Source: the human T2T-CHM13v2.0 reference genome, Homo sapiens. Taken from it: a stretch of DNA of 64,000 nt. Location of the stretch: NCBI GenBank assembly GCA_009914755.4, contig CP068257.2:24608001-24672000 (forward strand), given 5' to 3'. Positions 1 through 15,759 of this stretch are shown piece after piece. The notes under the pieces were generated by a model that worked only from the letters and a program-made list of their open reading frames with translations, did no database searches and was not told the DNA's origin. A program made the position numbers and the translations under genes. The stretch's first letter is position 1; each line of letters begins with the position of its first letter.

Positions 1-28
1 CAGCTCTTTCTCTTCGTATGTAGAATCA

Positions 29-256
<228 letters not shown>

Positions 257-2835
257 GAGAGAAAATTCAATGTTAAGGAAACCTTTGCTCCTGATGAGAA
301 AGAACACGAAAAACTGCAGGGAAAAATTCACTATTAGAAGGAAGTAGACTGTATTGGTAACCTAGTTGTGCCTGCTGGATCAAAGTTTGGCTACATGAGA
401 TTGAACAAAAGAACCATCTCCTTGTTACCCAAGGAGATGTATCATGCCAAATCTATTGTTTTTGTTTTGTTTTCTTCAAATTATTTTTTCCTTAATAACC
501 TGGCAGTGATTCAAAATATGAAAAGAAGATTCAGATGTGTTCTCTTTAAGGGGGATTCGACCATGACTGCCTTACATAAGCAGGATCAAAGTCCATCATG
601 GGACTGGATTCCAGAGAACAATGATGGTAAGAAGGCTTCAGGGCTCACAGTTTGAAGAGTGTTGTTACAGAAATTCTCTGAGGGGTAGCAGGTGCAGAAG
701 AGTCATAAAATTTAAGGGACCAACCATGGATAGGCTGTTGCCAGGTCATGAGCACCTTGAAGCATCTCTTGATGGCCATTCATTAGCCTAAGTATTTGTT
801 GTCTGGGAGAACTGAGCAAGATGAGCTGCACAGTTCAGTTGTCCATAGGGTCATGTTTCTTCAGCACAGAGACCTGGTCTCCCTGATCATTGTGGGTTAT
901 GGAAAAACGTGACCACACTTAAGGCAGAAGTTTCAATTCCCTCTGCAATTTTTCCTGCAGCACTACCTGCCTAAACACTTCACATATATGTCAATTCCCT
1001 TCCAGATTCTCTATTGTTGAACACGAATGTGTGTGGTTTTAAACTATTATGAATAATGCCATCAATATCCCAAATCACATATTTTTGCATATTCTTCATT
1101 TTTTCCCCATGCACATTTTACATATTGTGTTTTGCCAGCATACCTCCAGAAAAGTTGCTTCTTCCTCAGACTTAGTGTAATTTTACTTAATTTTTTTTAA
1201 AACACAGCAAATATAACAAATGGAAGAAATGACAGGGTCATTTCAGCCTCTTTTTATTTGAATATCTGTATTTCTTAAGGTTCATTTTCATCTTTGATAG
1301 AATTGGAATGCATTTACAACATGATTATAATATCTGATTATTAATAAATCAGAAATAAGGATGTATTTTTTGTTATCACTGAGATTTCACCTTCATGTAG
1401 CTCTGTACCCACTTCTAAGTATATTTTACAAGCATTTCTCTAAGAATTCCAACCATGTGAAAGTACTCTGGCAATAAAATTTTAAAAGCCTCTGTTTGCA
1501 CTTTGTACTTTTTAAAGGTAAGAGAAATTTGAGGCACAGGTGGGCAGCTGAGCCCTTGAGAGAAAGCAACAATAGCACCAGGTTTATCACCGTTCAGGTA
1601 AATGTTAGAATGTGGAATGCTTTTATTATCCCTGACATAGAGATCCTTCCAGTGTATTTAGACTGAGGGGTAGTTTTATTGTGCCAACTGTCAAAAGGTA
1701 TTGACTTCAATGTATGTGGGAAAAGATTGGACTCCAGAGGCACCGTGATTTTCCTTGCTCTCCTGGATGGTGCTGCACAGCCCACGGGGGCTCTGGCGGC
1801 TGCATACATGTGCAGTAAGTGCACCTGAAAAGAATACATGTGCTCAGGTGTGTATTCTGCCATCCAAATTTGCTGTACAAGCTCCCTTGAAGTTGACTAT
1901 TGATTTGCTGCCAAATGCAAGGGCAAGAGACTTAATGAACAGTTGGCAACATTTATGCCAAATTATCTTTAATTTTTTTAAGGGACTATATCTTTTTCAA
2001 GTAGTCTGGCAGTGAACTTCAGCTTCACTCATTCTCTCACCCTCCTCAATATCCAGTTAGTTATTTGGCCTGGCAATTCAACTTCCAAAAATCCCTCTCA
2101 ATTCAGTATCTCCTTTCCATCCTGAGCTACCGCTGCTCATGTTCTAGCTCATGAATTTAATCCCAACACTAATGAGGCTCCCTGCTTACTGGATCTTCCT
2201 TTCTTAATAACTCATCACTCTAAATCCATTAGGTCATTGTTCTTAAGAATCTTAATGGAGAAAATATTCACAAGAGGTTAACGTAATGCAAAAGATGGTG
2301 AAACGCTCTGGAATAAGGATGGAAGCTTAATGGGAAACAAATACCCCATCCTATTTTTGCATGTCCTCTGATCTCCTGCTGGGGCCACCCACTGCCAAAA
2401 ACAACCAAAAGTTAGAGGGCAAGCAAAAGAGCATGGGTGATACCATCTATCTACAACAGTTAGCTTCTTAGGGTACAGACTAGGTGGAGAGATACCATGG
2501 TGGGGAAAACGACATGTGGACGCCATTCAGCACAGTTACTTTTTCTGACTCTCCCAAGAAGAACGCATTTTCCCCTCATTGATATTCCAAGAGAAATATC
2601 ATTTTATTGGTACCTCAACTGAGGCACCTGTGATACTATATTTGTAAATTATTTCCATGTTTAGACCTTAGCTCCTTCAGTTAAGAACTATATCTTAATT
2701 ATGTTCATATCTTTAGCAGTTAGCACTATCTTGCAGACAGTGGTGCCCAATATATGTTTGCTAAATAAAAGAACAAATGATGGCATAGTTGTCCTGGTGT
2801 CTTTAAAGAAAATAATGGCTATAAAGAAATCCTTT

Positions 2836-3138
<303 letters not shown>

Positions 3139-3394
3139 TTAGGTAATACGGAATGCAGAAATAGTGTTTTCTTACTTAGATCATGAGCATAAAAGCACTT
3201 TGTGAGATATAATGCTATTCAAATATTACTAGCATCATTTCCATTATTCTGGATTGAACATAAGAAGGAACAAAAGAGAAACAACAAATAGCAGTCAATA
3301 GGGAGAATGTTAAATCCTTTGGTAATACCTATTACATGGAGAAAGTTAAAACAGACAAACAAAGGTCCTTATTCAGCTAGGAATGGTGGCCAGA

Positions 3395-3600
3395 TCAGGG
3401 TCATTGAAGTCTAGTTTCTTTTCTAACCCTGACTTGCTTTGCAGTATTTGGTAAATCACTTAACCTTTCTGCGGTACAGTTTTTCCAATCCGTTAAGTGT
3501 CTATTATAGTACTTTCTCCTTACTCTCGTGCAAGGATGTTTGGGTGATTCATTTGATAATCCTGTAAAGTACTTTGAGTCCCATAGAGAAAGCCAGGGAC
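3395..3600 (+). mobile_element. MIR SINE fragment (core region)
   Basis: Motifs aaatcacttaacctttctg...cagttt.tcc...tattatagtac...gtgcaaggatgt..ggtgattcatttgataat..tgtaaagtactttgag align to the MIR core (gtcacttaacctctctgagcctcagtttcctcatctgtaaaatgggg...tgtgaggattaaatgagataat...gtaaagcgcttag). Confidence 0.5.
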
Positions 3601-5339
3601 ACAAGATTTTAACTGGGATTATTAGTTAGAAAGTCTTTTTGCCTTGGTTGAATCTCCGTTTTTCATTTGTAGCTCACCTGCTTTTCTGTGGCTTTCCCAG
3701 TTCCATCCTTGTTCCTGTACACAACTGTGAGGGTGTAATGATAACCAATTATATATCCCAAATGATGGGGCTATCATTAGATTAACTAGTTGGGTAGATG
3801 TAGAAAAATTAGAAAAGTGAGAAGATTTTCAGCTTGTCTGCAGATGACTAAGGAAAACACTTAGAGTGGGTGCAGTGGAGAAAGATTATTAGCCAGTGAC
3901 TGAAATCAATTAGGAACCTAACCAAAATGTTGTTATGTTCGTTGGCACTTGACCATGACCTTTTTGCCTTCCTAAGGAAAAATAATAACTGGCTCCAGGT
4001 TTAAAGAAGCTTCATAGTTTACATTGCTTGATACATTAAATTTTGAATACGTTTTGATATTGGTCCAGTTTTACAATTTCCTTCGAATGACAGAACCTTT
4101 ACGGAGGACAATATTAGCACCTCTTTATGGAGCAACTGAAAAACTGCAATAATATCTCCACCATATACTTTTGGAGGATTGAGAAAATGTGTCATCGCTT
4201 GGAATTCCTAATCTTATTTTATTCATTCAGGTTGAGGAATAATGTAAGATATTGCTCCACTGTGGCTTTATGAAATTTTTTACTTAAAAAAATCCAAAGC
4301 ATGTAAGTATTTATCTCATGGCTTAAATGTTCATCACTGTAAGGAGAAGTTTAAGATTGGAATGTATCTCTAGCCTTGCTCTCTCTCCCCCTGAGATCTG
4401 GCTTTATACTTTACAGCAGTAGGTTTGCAAATCAAAATGCCAGCTTGACCTAGCTGCCAGAAAGTCCTGAATATGAATCCCACAACAGAATTTATTAATT
4501 TTCCTTTACAAGTTGGTAATTTCTTATTTTCTCTTAAGTAATGCTAATTTTGGGTACACCCTTGCCATGAGGGAGGTTCTAGGTCTCCAGTGTTATTGTC
4601 ATACACTGGCATGTATACTGTCATCTCTACTGGTATTATATAATGTTGTTGCTGGTACAGGCTTTCCCCAGAATTTATAGAGATGGAGACAACACGAACT
4701 AGGCATCATCAGTCACAGCAACTCAGTTTATAGTTATTGAAGGAATTGTTGAAGGAACTCCTGAGTCAGTCTGTAAGTGAAATCACAGACATGTAAAATA
4801 AACACTTACATTTTAGATTATATGATGATGCTAAATTTTCTTTAAGACATTGGAGAATTAATGTGGGGGCAAAGAACAGGGCATGACAGGAGAAAGGGCC
4901 AACTGGGTCCCTCTCCATTTACAATGAGTATTATCTATTTTATATTTAATTTTTATCTTTTCTATGAGGCATAGTTTTATTAATTTCAGTTATACACCAT
5001 AGGCAAAAAAATGTTCCCAGTTAGAGATCCTGCCAAGCATCTCTAATCAATGTTGAAGCCCTGGTGGAATTAAGTTGGTTGCTTTGCTTTTTAATTTTTT
5101 TAAAAAAATAAATAGGGTATATGGGCTTGTTGTAAAATAATTCAAACAGCAAAATTGCAAAGTAGATGTCATCTGATGTCATAGCTGTTCTTCCCCTAGC
5201 CATGCAGTTTCACTGCTTTTGAAACTCCAGCCCCCTTTTCCTAGGCTAGCTCTGTTGGGAGCCTTTCAGAAATCTTTTCTCTGTATACACACACGCATGT
5301 GTATGTTATGTACATATGTATCAATCATGTCTTTATTTA

Positions 5340-5697
5340 TATCGCTGCTTTATTTCAGTCAGGCTGCTATAACAAAATGCCACAGATTGTAGCTTAAACA
5401 ATAGAAATGGATTTCTCACAGTTCTGGAGGCTGGGGAGTCCAAGATCAAGGTGCTGGCAGATTTGGTGTCTGCTGAGGGCCTGCTTCCTTCATAGATATC
5501 TGTTTTCTTGCTGTGTCCACACATGGTGGCAGGAAGGGCAAAAAGGCTCTCTGAGGTCTATTTTATCAGGGTGTTAATCCCACGTGCTTTGCCCTCATCA
5601 CTTAAACACCTCCCAAAGCTCCACCTCTTAATATCATGATTTTGGGAGTTAGGTTTCAACGTATGAATTTGGGAGGACATAAACATTCAGACCATAG
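5340..5697 (-). mobile_element. MaLR-type solo LTR (MST-like), reverse orientation
   Basis: Reads gctgctataacaaaatgccacagattgtagcttaaacaatagaaatggatttctcacagttctggaggctggggagtccaagatcaaggtgctggcag...catgtgg...ttaggtttcaacgtatgaatttgggaggacataaacattcagacca. This is the reverse complement of the MST consensus (tgtggtctgaatgtttgtgtcccc...cagaactgtgagaaataaat...tatagcagcc). Confidence 0.7.
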
Positions 5698-6105
5698 CAA
5701 TCACATTATACATATTGCATGTCAAACCTTATATATATAAGATATATCTTTTTAATTTGACAAAAAAGGATCACTTTCCAGGTACTATTCTGTAATCTAC
5801 CTTTTGTGCTTTATTATACATCGTCATCATATTTCTGCTTCAGTGTGATAAATCTATTGTATTTACCCTAATGGCTACAAAGTATTGTCCTGAGAGATAT
5901 CCTAATTTATTTTTTTAAATGATTCCCAATTGACTGGCCTTAAGTTGCTTCTATTTTCATAGAAGCAATAATTATCATAATGCTACAATAAACATTATTG
6001 TACATATAACATTTTTGCATTTGGGGAGAGTATGTATATTGCAGGAGAAATTCTTAGAAATGGAATTTCTGGGCATATGAATTTTCAGAAATATTGCCAA
6101 ATTAA

Positions 6106-6506
<401 letters not shown>

Positions 6507-6540
6507 TAAGCCAGAAGACAGATGACAGAGGGCTGGTCTA

Positions 6541-6883
<343 letters not shown>

Positions 6884-8273
6884 TCAATGTTGCTTTGACT
6901 TCAATTTACTACTAAAACAGCTAGCAAGAAAGGGAAAGGGTACTCGCTAGACCAGTGGGTCTCAACACCTGGAGCAGCAGCAGTAGCACCACCTGAAACT
7001 TACTAGAAATGCAAGTTCTCAAGTCCCATCTTAAATCTGAATCAGAAACTCTGGTGGCAGGGCCCAGGAATCTGGGTTTAACAAGATCTTGAGCTGATTT
7101 TGATGGTGGCCCAAGTTGGAGAATTACTGCAGTACAGCTTGATGAAAGTGAGAATGCAGTTTCCCAGTGCTTTCCTTATGCCTCTTGGAGGTGAACCTGG
7201 AGTCCTCTGCTTTAGGTTGAAGGTACCCAGGGCTTTGTACTCCCTGCATCTCACCCCACTGGGGTGGAGCAGGGGACCCACTGGGATTCAGTGTATTACT
7301 TACTTTCATATAAGGCAACTCTTGTTGTCCCATAGTTATAAAGCTCTGTGTTCTGTTTCTTATTGTATTACGTGTACGTGGACATGCCAAACATTAACAA
7401 ATATTTGGCTTCTTGTCTATCTGAAAAATGGCCCCTCATTTCTATTTAACATGAATTTCTTTAATTATAAGTGAAGTTGAGCATCTTCTTATTTTTATGG
7501 GCCACTTTGCACGTTTTCCTCTTATTTATTACTTTCTATATTTGTCATATTTTCTATTGGTTGGTTGTCTTTTTAAAAAAGAATTAAATTGTAACAGCTG
7601 TTTTAATTCTAAGGAAATTAGCCTTTCATCATTTGTGTTGCAAATTCATTTTTACCTACTTTGTCATCTATCATTTAAATTTAGTTACAATACATTTTTG
7701 CATCACAGAGAGTTAAGATTTTTATGTAGTCAAATTGATAAGTTTTTATGTGTCTGAATTTTGAATTTTATGTATGCTTAGATAGATCTTCCCAACCCTA
7801 GGATAATTAAAAAAACATATTTTTTCCTAAACTTTATGGCTTTATTTTTAGCATATACATCTTTGATGTGAATGGAATTTATTGTGACTTAACAACTGAA
7901 GTATACATATTAACTTCCATTTCCAATGGAATATCATTGATTGAGATTATAATTAACTTATAGCTCAATAAAAAAAGAGTTTTAACCCAGAGTTTTCCTA
8001 ACCAAGAACAGAGTATACCTTTACAGTTACTTATTTTTTCATTTTTTTTTCCTTCGGGAGTGATTTAAAGGTTCTTTATATAGTTATTACATATGTATTT
8101 TATAAACTTTTGGAATGTGATGTTTCTTATTATAAGTAACCTTTCTACTAATTATTTGCATATAATAAAGCTCAATTTTTTTTGTGTATTGATTTCATAA
8201 TCACCTTACTGAATTCTCATATTATTTTTATTAGTATAGTTTTTAGAGGATTCTTAGGAGTTTTCCAAGGCGA

Positions 8274-8677
8274 TGTGGTTTGGATCTCTGTCCCCACCCA
8301 AATCTCATGTTTAATTGTAATTTCCAACTGTTCATTGCTTGTAATCCCCAGTGCTGGAGGTGGGCCTGGTGGGAGGTGATATTGGATCATGGGGGCTGAT
8401 TTCCTCCTTGATGCTGCTTGATCATGAGTGAGTGCTCATGAGATCTGGTTGTTTAAAAGTGTATAATGCCTCCCCTCTCTCTCTCTTCCTCCTGCTTCAG
8501 CCGTATGAGCATAACTGCTTCAGCTTTGCCTTTTGCCATGAGTAAAAGCTCTCTGAGGTCTCTCCAGCTATGCTTCCTTTAAAACCTGCAGAACTGTAAG
8601 CTAATTCAACCTCTTTTCTTCATAAATTACCCAGTCTCTGGCATTTCTTTATAGCAATGGGAGAAGAGACTAATACA
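8274..8677 (+). mobile_element. MaLR-type solo LTR (THE1/MST-like)
   Basis: Starts tgtggtttggatctctgtccccacccaaatctcatgtttaattgtaat..ccagtgctggaggtgggcctggtgggaggtgat..ggatcatggggg. Ends ...ataaattacccagtctctggcatttctttatagcaatgggagaagagactaataca, giving the TG...CA termini. Confidence 0.7.
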
Positions 8678-8807
8678 CAAGGTTGTAATAATTATCTATG
8701 AATAATATAAAGCAGCCTGTTTTTGAAATTAGACTTCTGTTATGGAGTGAATATTATGGTGGAATATGACCTTTCTAAAATTTTTCTGTTCTTAAAAACA
8801 TCATCTT

Positions 8808-9089
<282 letters not shown>

Positions 9090-9591
9090 CCATATCATCT
9101 TTAATGAAGTAAATGTCATACAACAAAATTGACCAATTTTACATTTGTAATTCTGTTTTAATCATGTAGTACAGCTGTATAATTACCACAATCATCATAT
9201 AAAACATATCAATCCTGCCAGAAAATTCTCTCCTACTCCTTTCCTGTCAATTGCTTCTCCCTATCTCTTGTTCCTGGTACCACTAAATAACTTTTGGTCA
9301 TTGTAGTTTTACCCTATCTAGAATTTTATATAAATAGACTCATACGGTGTGCAGTCTTTTGTGTCTCACTTTTTTCACATAATATATCATGATATGGCTA
9401 TACAATAATTTGTTTATATTCACTAGTTGATGAACATTTGGGTTGTTTACAACTTTTTGGCTATTAATGAATAAAGAGGCTATTCATGTACATTCAAGTA
9501 CATGTCTTGTCTGGGTGTGTGTTATTATTTCTCTTGGGTAAATACTTAGGAGTGAGCCTGCTGAGTTGTATGGTAAGAGTATATTTAACTT

Positions 9592-9889
9592 GGGCCGGGT
9601 GTGGTGGCTCACGCCTGTAATTCCAGCACTTTGGGAGGCCGAGGCGGGTGGATCACGAGGTCAAGAGATCGATACCATCCTGGCCAACATGGTAAAACCC
9701 CATCTCTACTAAAAACACAAAAATTAGCTGGGCATGGTGGCGTGCGCCTGTAGTCCCAGCTACTCAGGAGGCTGAGGCAGGAGAATAGCTTGAACCTGGG
9801 AGGCGGAGGTTGCTGTGAGCTCCATTGTGCCACTGCACTCCAGCCTGGTGACAGAGCAAGACTCCATCTCAAAAAAAAAAAAAAAAAAA
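9592..9889 (+). mobile_element. Alu SINE (AluS/Y-like) with perfect 14-bp TSD agtatatttaactt (9578-9591 / 9889-9902)
   Basis: Reads gggccgggtgtggtggctcacgcctgtaattccagc...gatcacgaggtcaagagatcgataccatcctggccaacatggtaaaaccc...ccatctc(a)19. The TSD was read on both sides. Confidence 0.9.
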
Positions 9890-10011
9890 GTATATTTAAC
9901 TTAATAAGAAACTGACAAACACTTTGTATGACTCTACCATTTTGTATTGCCATCAGCATTATATGAGTATTCCAGTTGCTTCACATTTTCACCAGCATTT
10001 TGTATTGCTAT

Positions 10012-10396
10012 CTGCTGAATGTGTCCCCAAAAGTCACGTGTTGGAAACTGAATGCCCAGTGCAATAGTATTGGGAGGTATGGTCTTTGAGAGGTGACTGA
10101 GTCATGAGGACTCTTCTTTCAAGAATGGATTAGGTCTCTTATAAACAGGGCTTACAGAAGTGGGTTCATTCTCCTTCATTCTTCTACCATGTGAGGACAC
10201 AGTGTTCCTTCTCTCTGGAGGATACAACATTCAAGGTACCACCTTGAAAGCAAAGACCAGACTCTTACTAGACAAGGAACCTGCCAGCACCTTAGTCTTG
10301 AACTTCCCAGTTCCCAGAACTGTGAGAAAATAAATTTCTGTTATTCATACATCACCGTTTCAGGTATTTTTATTATAGCAACACAAAACCAAGATG
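10012..10396 (+). mobile_element. MaLR-type solo LTR (MST-like) nested in ancient L1
   Basis: Starts ctgaatgtgtccccaaaagtcacgtgttggaaactgaatgcccagtgcaatagtattgggaggt..ggtctttgagaggtgactgagtcatgagg...catgtgaggacacag...cttcccagttcccagaactgtgagaaaataaatttctgtt...tattatagcaacacaaaaccaagat. This follows the MST consensus order. Confidence 0.65.
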
Positions 10397-11656
10397 GGTA
10401 TTGTCTTTTAAAAAAAATTCTAGTGAGTGTTTTGTAGTATCTCAGTGTGTTTTTAATTTTCATTACCTTAATGACCGATGTTGCTGAGCATCTTTGCATG
10501 TACTTACTTATCATTTATAGATATTATTTGATGAAGTGTTTGCTTGAATTTTTTTGTCTAATTTTTATTGGTTTGTCTTACTGAGTTGTAAAAATTCTTT
10601 ATATATTCTTGAAGCAGATCCTTTATCAGCTATATGTTTTGCAAATGTTTTCTCCCAGTCTCTGTGACTTGCCTTTTTATTTTTTAAATGATACTTTTTG
10701 AAAAGCAAGCTTTTAAATATTTTGAAATCCAGTTCGTAAATTTGTTGCTTTTATAGTTTATGCTTTTTAAAGAAATTGAGTGTAACCCAAGGTAACAAAA
10801 ATTTCTCCTGTGTTTTATTCCAGAAATTTTAGTTTTAACCCTTACAGTTAGGTCTGTGTTCCTTTCTGAGTTAAATTTTGGATATAGTGTGAAGATGAGG
10901 ATTAAAGTTCTCTCTCTTCTTTTGGTATATAAATATCCAATTTCCCAGCACTATTTGTTGAAAATGGTATCCTTTCCAGAGTGAAATACACTGGCACCTT
11001 TGTTGGGAATCAATGAGCCATATAAGTGTAGGTCTATTTCTAGACTCACTATTCTGTTCCATTGATTCACACGTCAATACCAGATGTCTTGATTACTTGA
11101 GCATTATAATAAGTCTAGGTGTAAGTTTTATAGTAAGCCTGAGTGTAAGACTTCTGACTTTATTTTTCTTTTTCAAAAGACTTTCAACTTTACTTTTTCT
11201 TTTATTTTGGCTATGCTAGTTGGTTTTCATTTCTATGTAAGTTTTAGAATTTTCTTGTAATTTCTGTGGAAAACACTGCTGGGATTTTGGAATTCTGTTG
11301 AATCTATAGATCAGTTTGGGGAGAATTGATATTTTAATAATTTTGAATCTTTTGATTTATGACCACAATATATATTTTCATTATCCAGATGTCTTTAATT
11401 TCTTTCAGTAATGTTTAGTAATTTTCTGTCTACATGTTTTACAAATATTTTGTTAAATTTATTCCTCTGTTTTTCATATTTTTACTATATTTTTATGATA
11501 TTTGTTTAAAATTTCCAACTGTTCACTGCTTATATATGAAAATGCTACTGATATGTTGACTTTGAATCTTGTGACCTTGCAGTTAGTTCTAGTAGATGTT
11601 TTGAAGATTTCTTAGAATTTTCTACATAGACAATAATGTCTGTGAATAAAGATAGT

Positions 11657-11659
11657 TTT

Positions 11660-11689
<30 letters not shown>
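11657..11689. repeat. (TTTA)n microsatellite, ~8 units
   Basis: Reads ttttatttatttatttatttatttatttattttt. Confidence 0.9.
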
Positions 11690-11690
<1 letters not shown>

Positions 11691-11859
11691 AAATTTTTTG
11701 GAGGCCTTGTGGATTTGAAGAGTTTTTTTTCTTTCCAGTCTTATACCTTTTTAGTTTTTTTAAAATTTTTCCTGCCTTATATTGTATTGATAAGAACGTT
11801 CATACAATGTTGAATAGGAGTGATGAGAGAGACCATCCTTGCCTTGTTCCTGACCTTAG

Positions 11860-12208
<349 letters not shown>

Positions 12209-13879
12209 TCTATAGATGCCTTTTATTGGATTGAAGAGCTTTTATTTTATTCCTAGTTTGCTGCAAATTTTTTTTTTTTTTATTACAAATGGGTGTTGAA
12301 TTTTGTGAAAACTTTTTTCTGCATCCATTGAGATGATCATATGGTAAGTTCCATTTTAGACAATTGATATGATGACTCATTGTTTTTCTAAGGTTAAACT
12401 AACTTCACATTACTAGGATAAACCACACTGGATTATGATGTATTATTCTTTTAATATATTTCAACTGACTGAAGTATTGTTAACATTTTTATATCTATGT
12501 TTATAAGGGATATTAGTCTTTAGTTTTCTTTCTTATAATTTCATTACCTTTGGATAAGTTAAAAACATTTCAGTCGTATTTTAGTTTTTCCACTCATTAC
12601 ATTTAAGACTTTAAATAAACATACACTTTAAACTCTATTTCTATATATATCAACTTTAAATAATACATTCTGGAGTTTTAATTTTAGGTAGGATGGAGTA
12701 AGCACACTCCTCCATCTCTGAGTGCACACTCCTCCATCTCTTAGTACACACTGAATACAGCTAACTCATTAAATATAGCTTTAAAACCTGGGTATAATGC
12801 GTATAACAGTGATATAAGGACACTGGAAAGTAAACAGTAGCAAGAAGATTGGGAAGAAGACCAGAATTTAAAGTTTTATGAAATGCCAGTTAGTTTATCT
12901 TTTTTTTTTTTTTGTACCACTATCCCTTGGCATGGATTCAAGGTAGCCTGAAACTCAAAACCTGTACATAGACATGGCATGGATAAGGAACAAAGTACAG
13001 ACAGAGCTCCAGAAGAGGCCCTATAGTTTTGACTTAAGCAGTATGAAGCAGGGCTGGGGGTGGGAGGCATCACTTAATCTCCAGAGACAGTGAGGGCAAT
13101 CCATCATGTTTATTTTCTTTTTCTCTATGTTTCCTTGTACCATAGTCCCCAGGCAATGCTGTGGCAATGACAGCAGTGGCCTACTGGACCTGCAAGGGGC
13201 TAAAAGTCTGAGCTGGGGGGGTCCCTTCCTCTTCATTTGGAGAAGACTGATCTCAACAGAGTGATATGAACACTCATTGATTTTTTTTCCCTCTTTTTAT
13301 CCTCCCACCAAGTGGCCTCATATGTAGGACAATTGTTGGAAGAGCATGGTAGAGCAGGATAATTGAAGCCCCAGCTCTTTGTCCAGACTGAAAGGGTAGC
13401 CCCAGGAAACTGAAGAGTATCAGCAAGATGTGGTGAGAAAGGACCTCAGGGAAATGACTCCCTGAAAGTAGCTTATGAACTCTCAGGCTTGCTCCTTAGC
13501 TACCCACTTACAGATCTGATTCTAAACAACATATCAACGACTTTGAGGTCTGAGCTAAGGAATAGATCATCACTTAATTTCCATATTGGCCACCGGGTGA
13601 CATAAACAGGAGACAGATCAGAATAGCACTACAAATGCTTTGAGGGAAGAAAACAAACCCAAACCGATATTGAAACTACAACCCAGGAAAAGTCAGTTGG
13701 AATTTGTAGCCTGAATCTAACTGGGTCAGCTGCTGAAACAAAACAAAAATATCAGCATTCTCCATGGGATTTAAATAAGACCCAGAGTCTTATATTATTC
13801 AAATGTCTGTGATATGATCTAAAGTAACTTGGCATCTTAAGAATAAGAAGAATCTCAACTCTTATGGGAAAAGATAGTC

Positions 13880-14770
13880 AACAGAAGCCAACGCGGAGAT
13901 GACACACAGGTTAAAATTTTCTGACAAGGTCTTTAAAAGAAGAAAGGGTGAATACATTTGAAATGAGTTGAATGAAAGATAATTTTAGCAAATAAATAGA
14001 AGACTTAAAGAACATCCAAATAGAAATTTTAAACTGAAAAACATAACAATCAAAATAAAAACCTCTCCAGATGGTTTCAATAGCAGAATGGAGATGGCAG
14101 TGGAAAGGGTGAATTCTAAGAAAAATAGAAATTATACAACTGAGAGAAAAAAGATGAAAAAGAAAACAAACAGAGACTTAGGGATCTATGGAACTCTACC
14201 ACAATGTCTAATACTTCTGTCATCAGAGTCACAGAGGGAGGAGAAATATTGTTGTATAGAAAAAATATTTGAAGAAAAATGTTTATAAGTCCTCAAATTG
14301 GGCAGAATTTCTATGTAGCTCCTATAGATTCATGGAACACAGGGAAACCCAGACAAGATAATCCTAAAGAAACATGTTTAGGCATATCAAAAGCAAACTG
14401 TTAAAAATTAAAGACAAAGAAAAAAAAGCTTGCAGGCAGCTAGAGAAGCACAACTCATTACTTATAACTGAACTATGATTCTAATGACTACGCATCTCTC
14501 ATAGAAACCATGACTGTCAGAAGAAAGTGAAGCAATATTTTTAATGTGCTGAGAGAAAAAAGTGTCAACCTAGAACTCTATATACACTGAAAATATCCTT
14601 CAGAAATGAAGGTAAAATAGAGACCACAGATGAAAAAAAAACTAGAAAATAATTCATTGCCAGTAGACCTGCTCTGAAAGAATTGCTAAAGTAGGTTTTT
14701 CAGACAGAAGAAAAAATGATACCACAAGGAAACTTGGAACATTAGGAATAAATAATATCTTTTAACTCTG
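13880..14770 (+). mobile_element. Ancient L1 (L1M-like) ORF1-region fragment, sense
   Basis: Matches L1 ORF1 in nucleotide and translation. Key stretches: aaagacaaagaaaaaa..gcttgcaggcagctagagaagcacaactcattacttata...accatgactgtcagaagaaagtgaagcaatatttttaatgtgctgagagaaaaaagtgtcaacctagaactctatatacactgaaaatatccttcagaaatgaaggtaaaatagagacc...ttcattgccagtagacctgctctgaaagaattgctaaag (L1 '...aaaaactgtcaaccaagaattctatacccagcaaaactgtccttcaaaaatgagggagaaat...ttcattaccactagacctgccctacaagaaatgctaaag'). Confidence 0.55.
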
Positions 14771-15358
14771 ATATGAATGGTTAGGAAATTGGCACATACA
14801 TCCTCCTTTCTGATATCTTTTTTTTTCTGCCAGTGTCCATTTTTTCTTAGCTATACTCTTATTTATACATTTCAATGTTTATAAATTTGCACAATTGTCA
14901 AGCCTTACTTCTATGTTTTAATCAATTCAGTGCAAACAATACTTTTATGCCATGAATTCTTCCTTTCTCAAGTTCTTTTGATGACAGCACTTGTTTGGTG
15001 AGAATTTGTTATCAAGAGGTTTTATATCCCTTAAGAAGGTCTGTCTATAATCTTTTGACTCACAATTTTGGATACTAAATGTTGGTATGAAGAAATCTGA
15101 GGTCACTCTGATTTTCCTCCCATGCAAATGAATTGCTTTTTCTGAGTGAATGCTCATTCAGCTTTTATTTTTATTCTTAAAGGTAAACAGCATCACCAGA
15201 ATATATCAAGTTGATTACTGGAATGAATTACTTTTTCCTGGAACATGATGAATCCTTTTCATCCTCAGACCCAGATGTTCCTTTATTTCAGAAACATTTT
15301 CTTCTATTTAATTTTTAAATATTATTTTCTGATTGATTTGCTTGACTCCCAGGGTTAG

Positions 15359-15753
<395 letters not shown>

Positions 15754-15759
15754 AGTTTT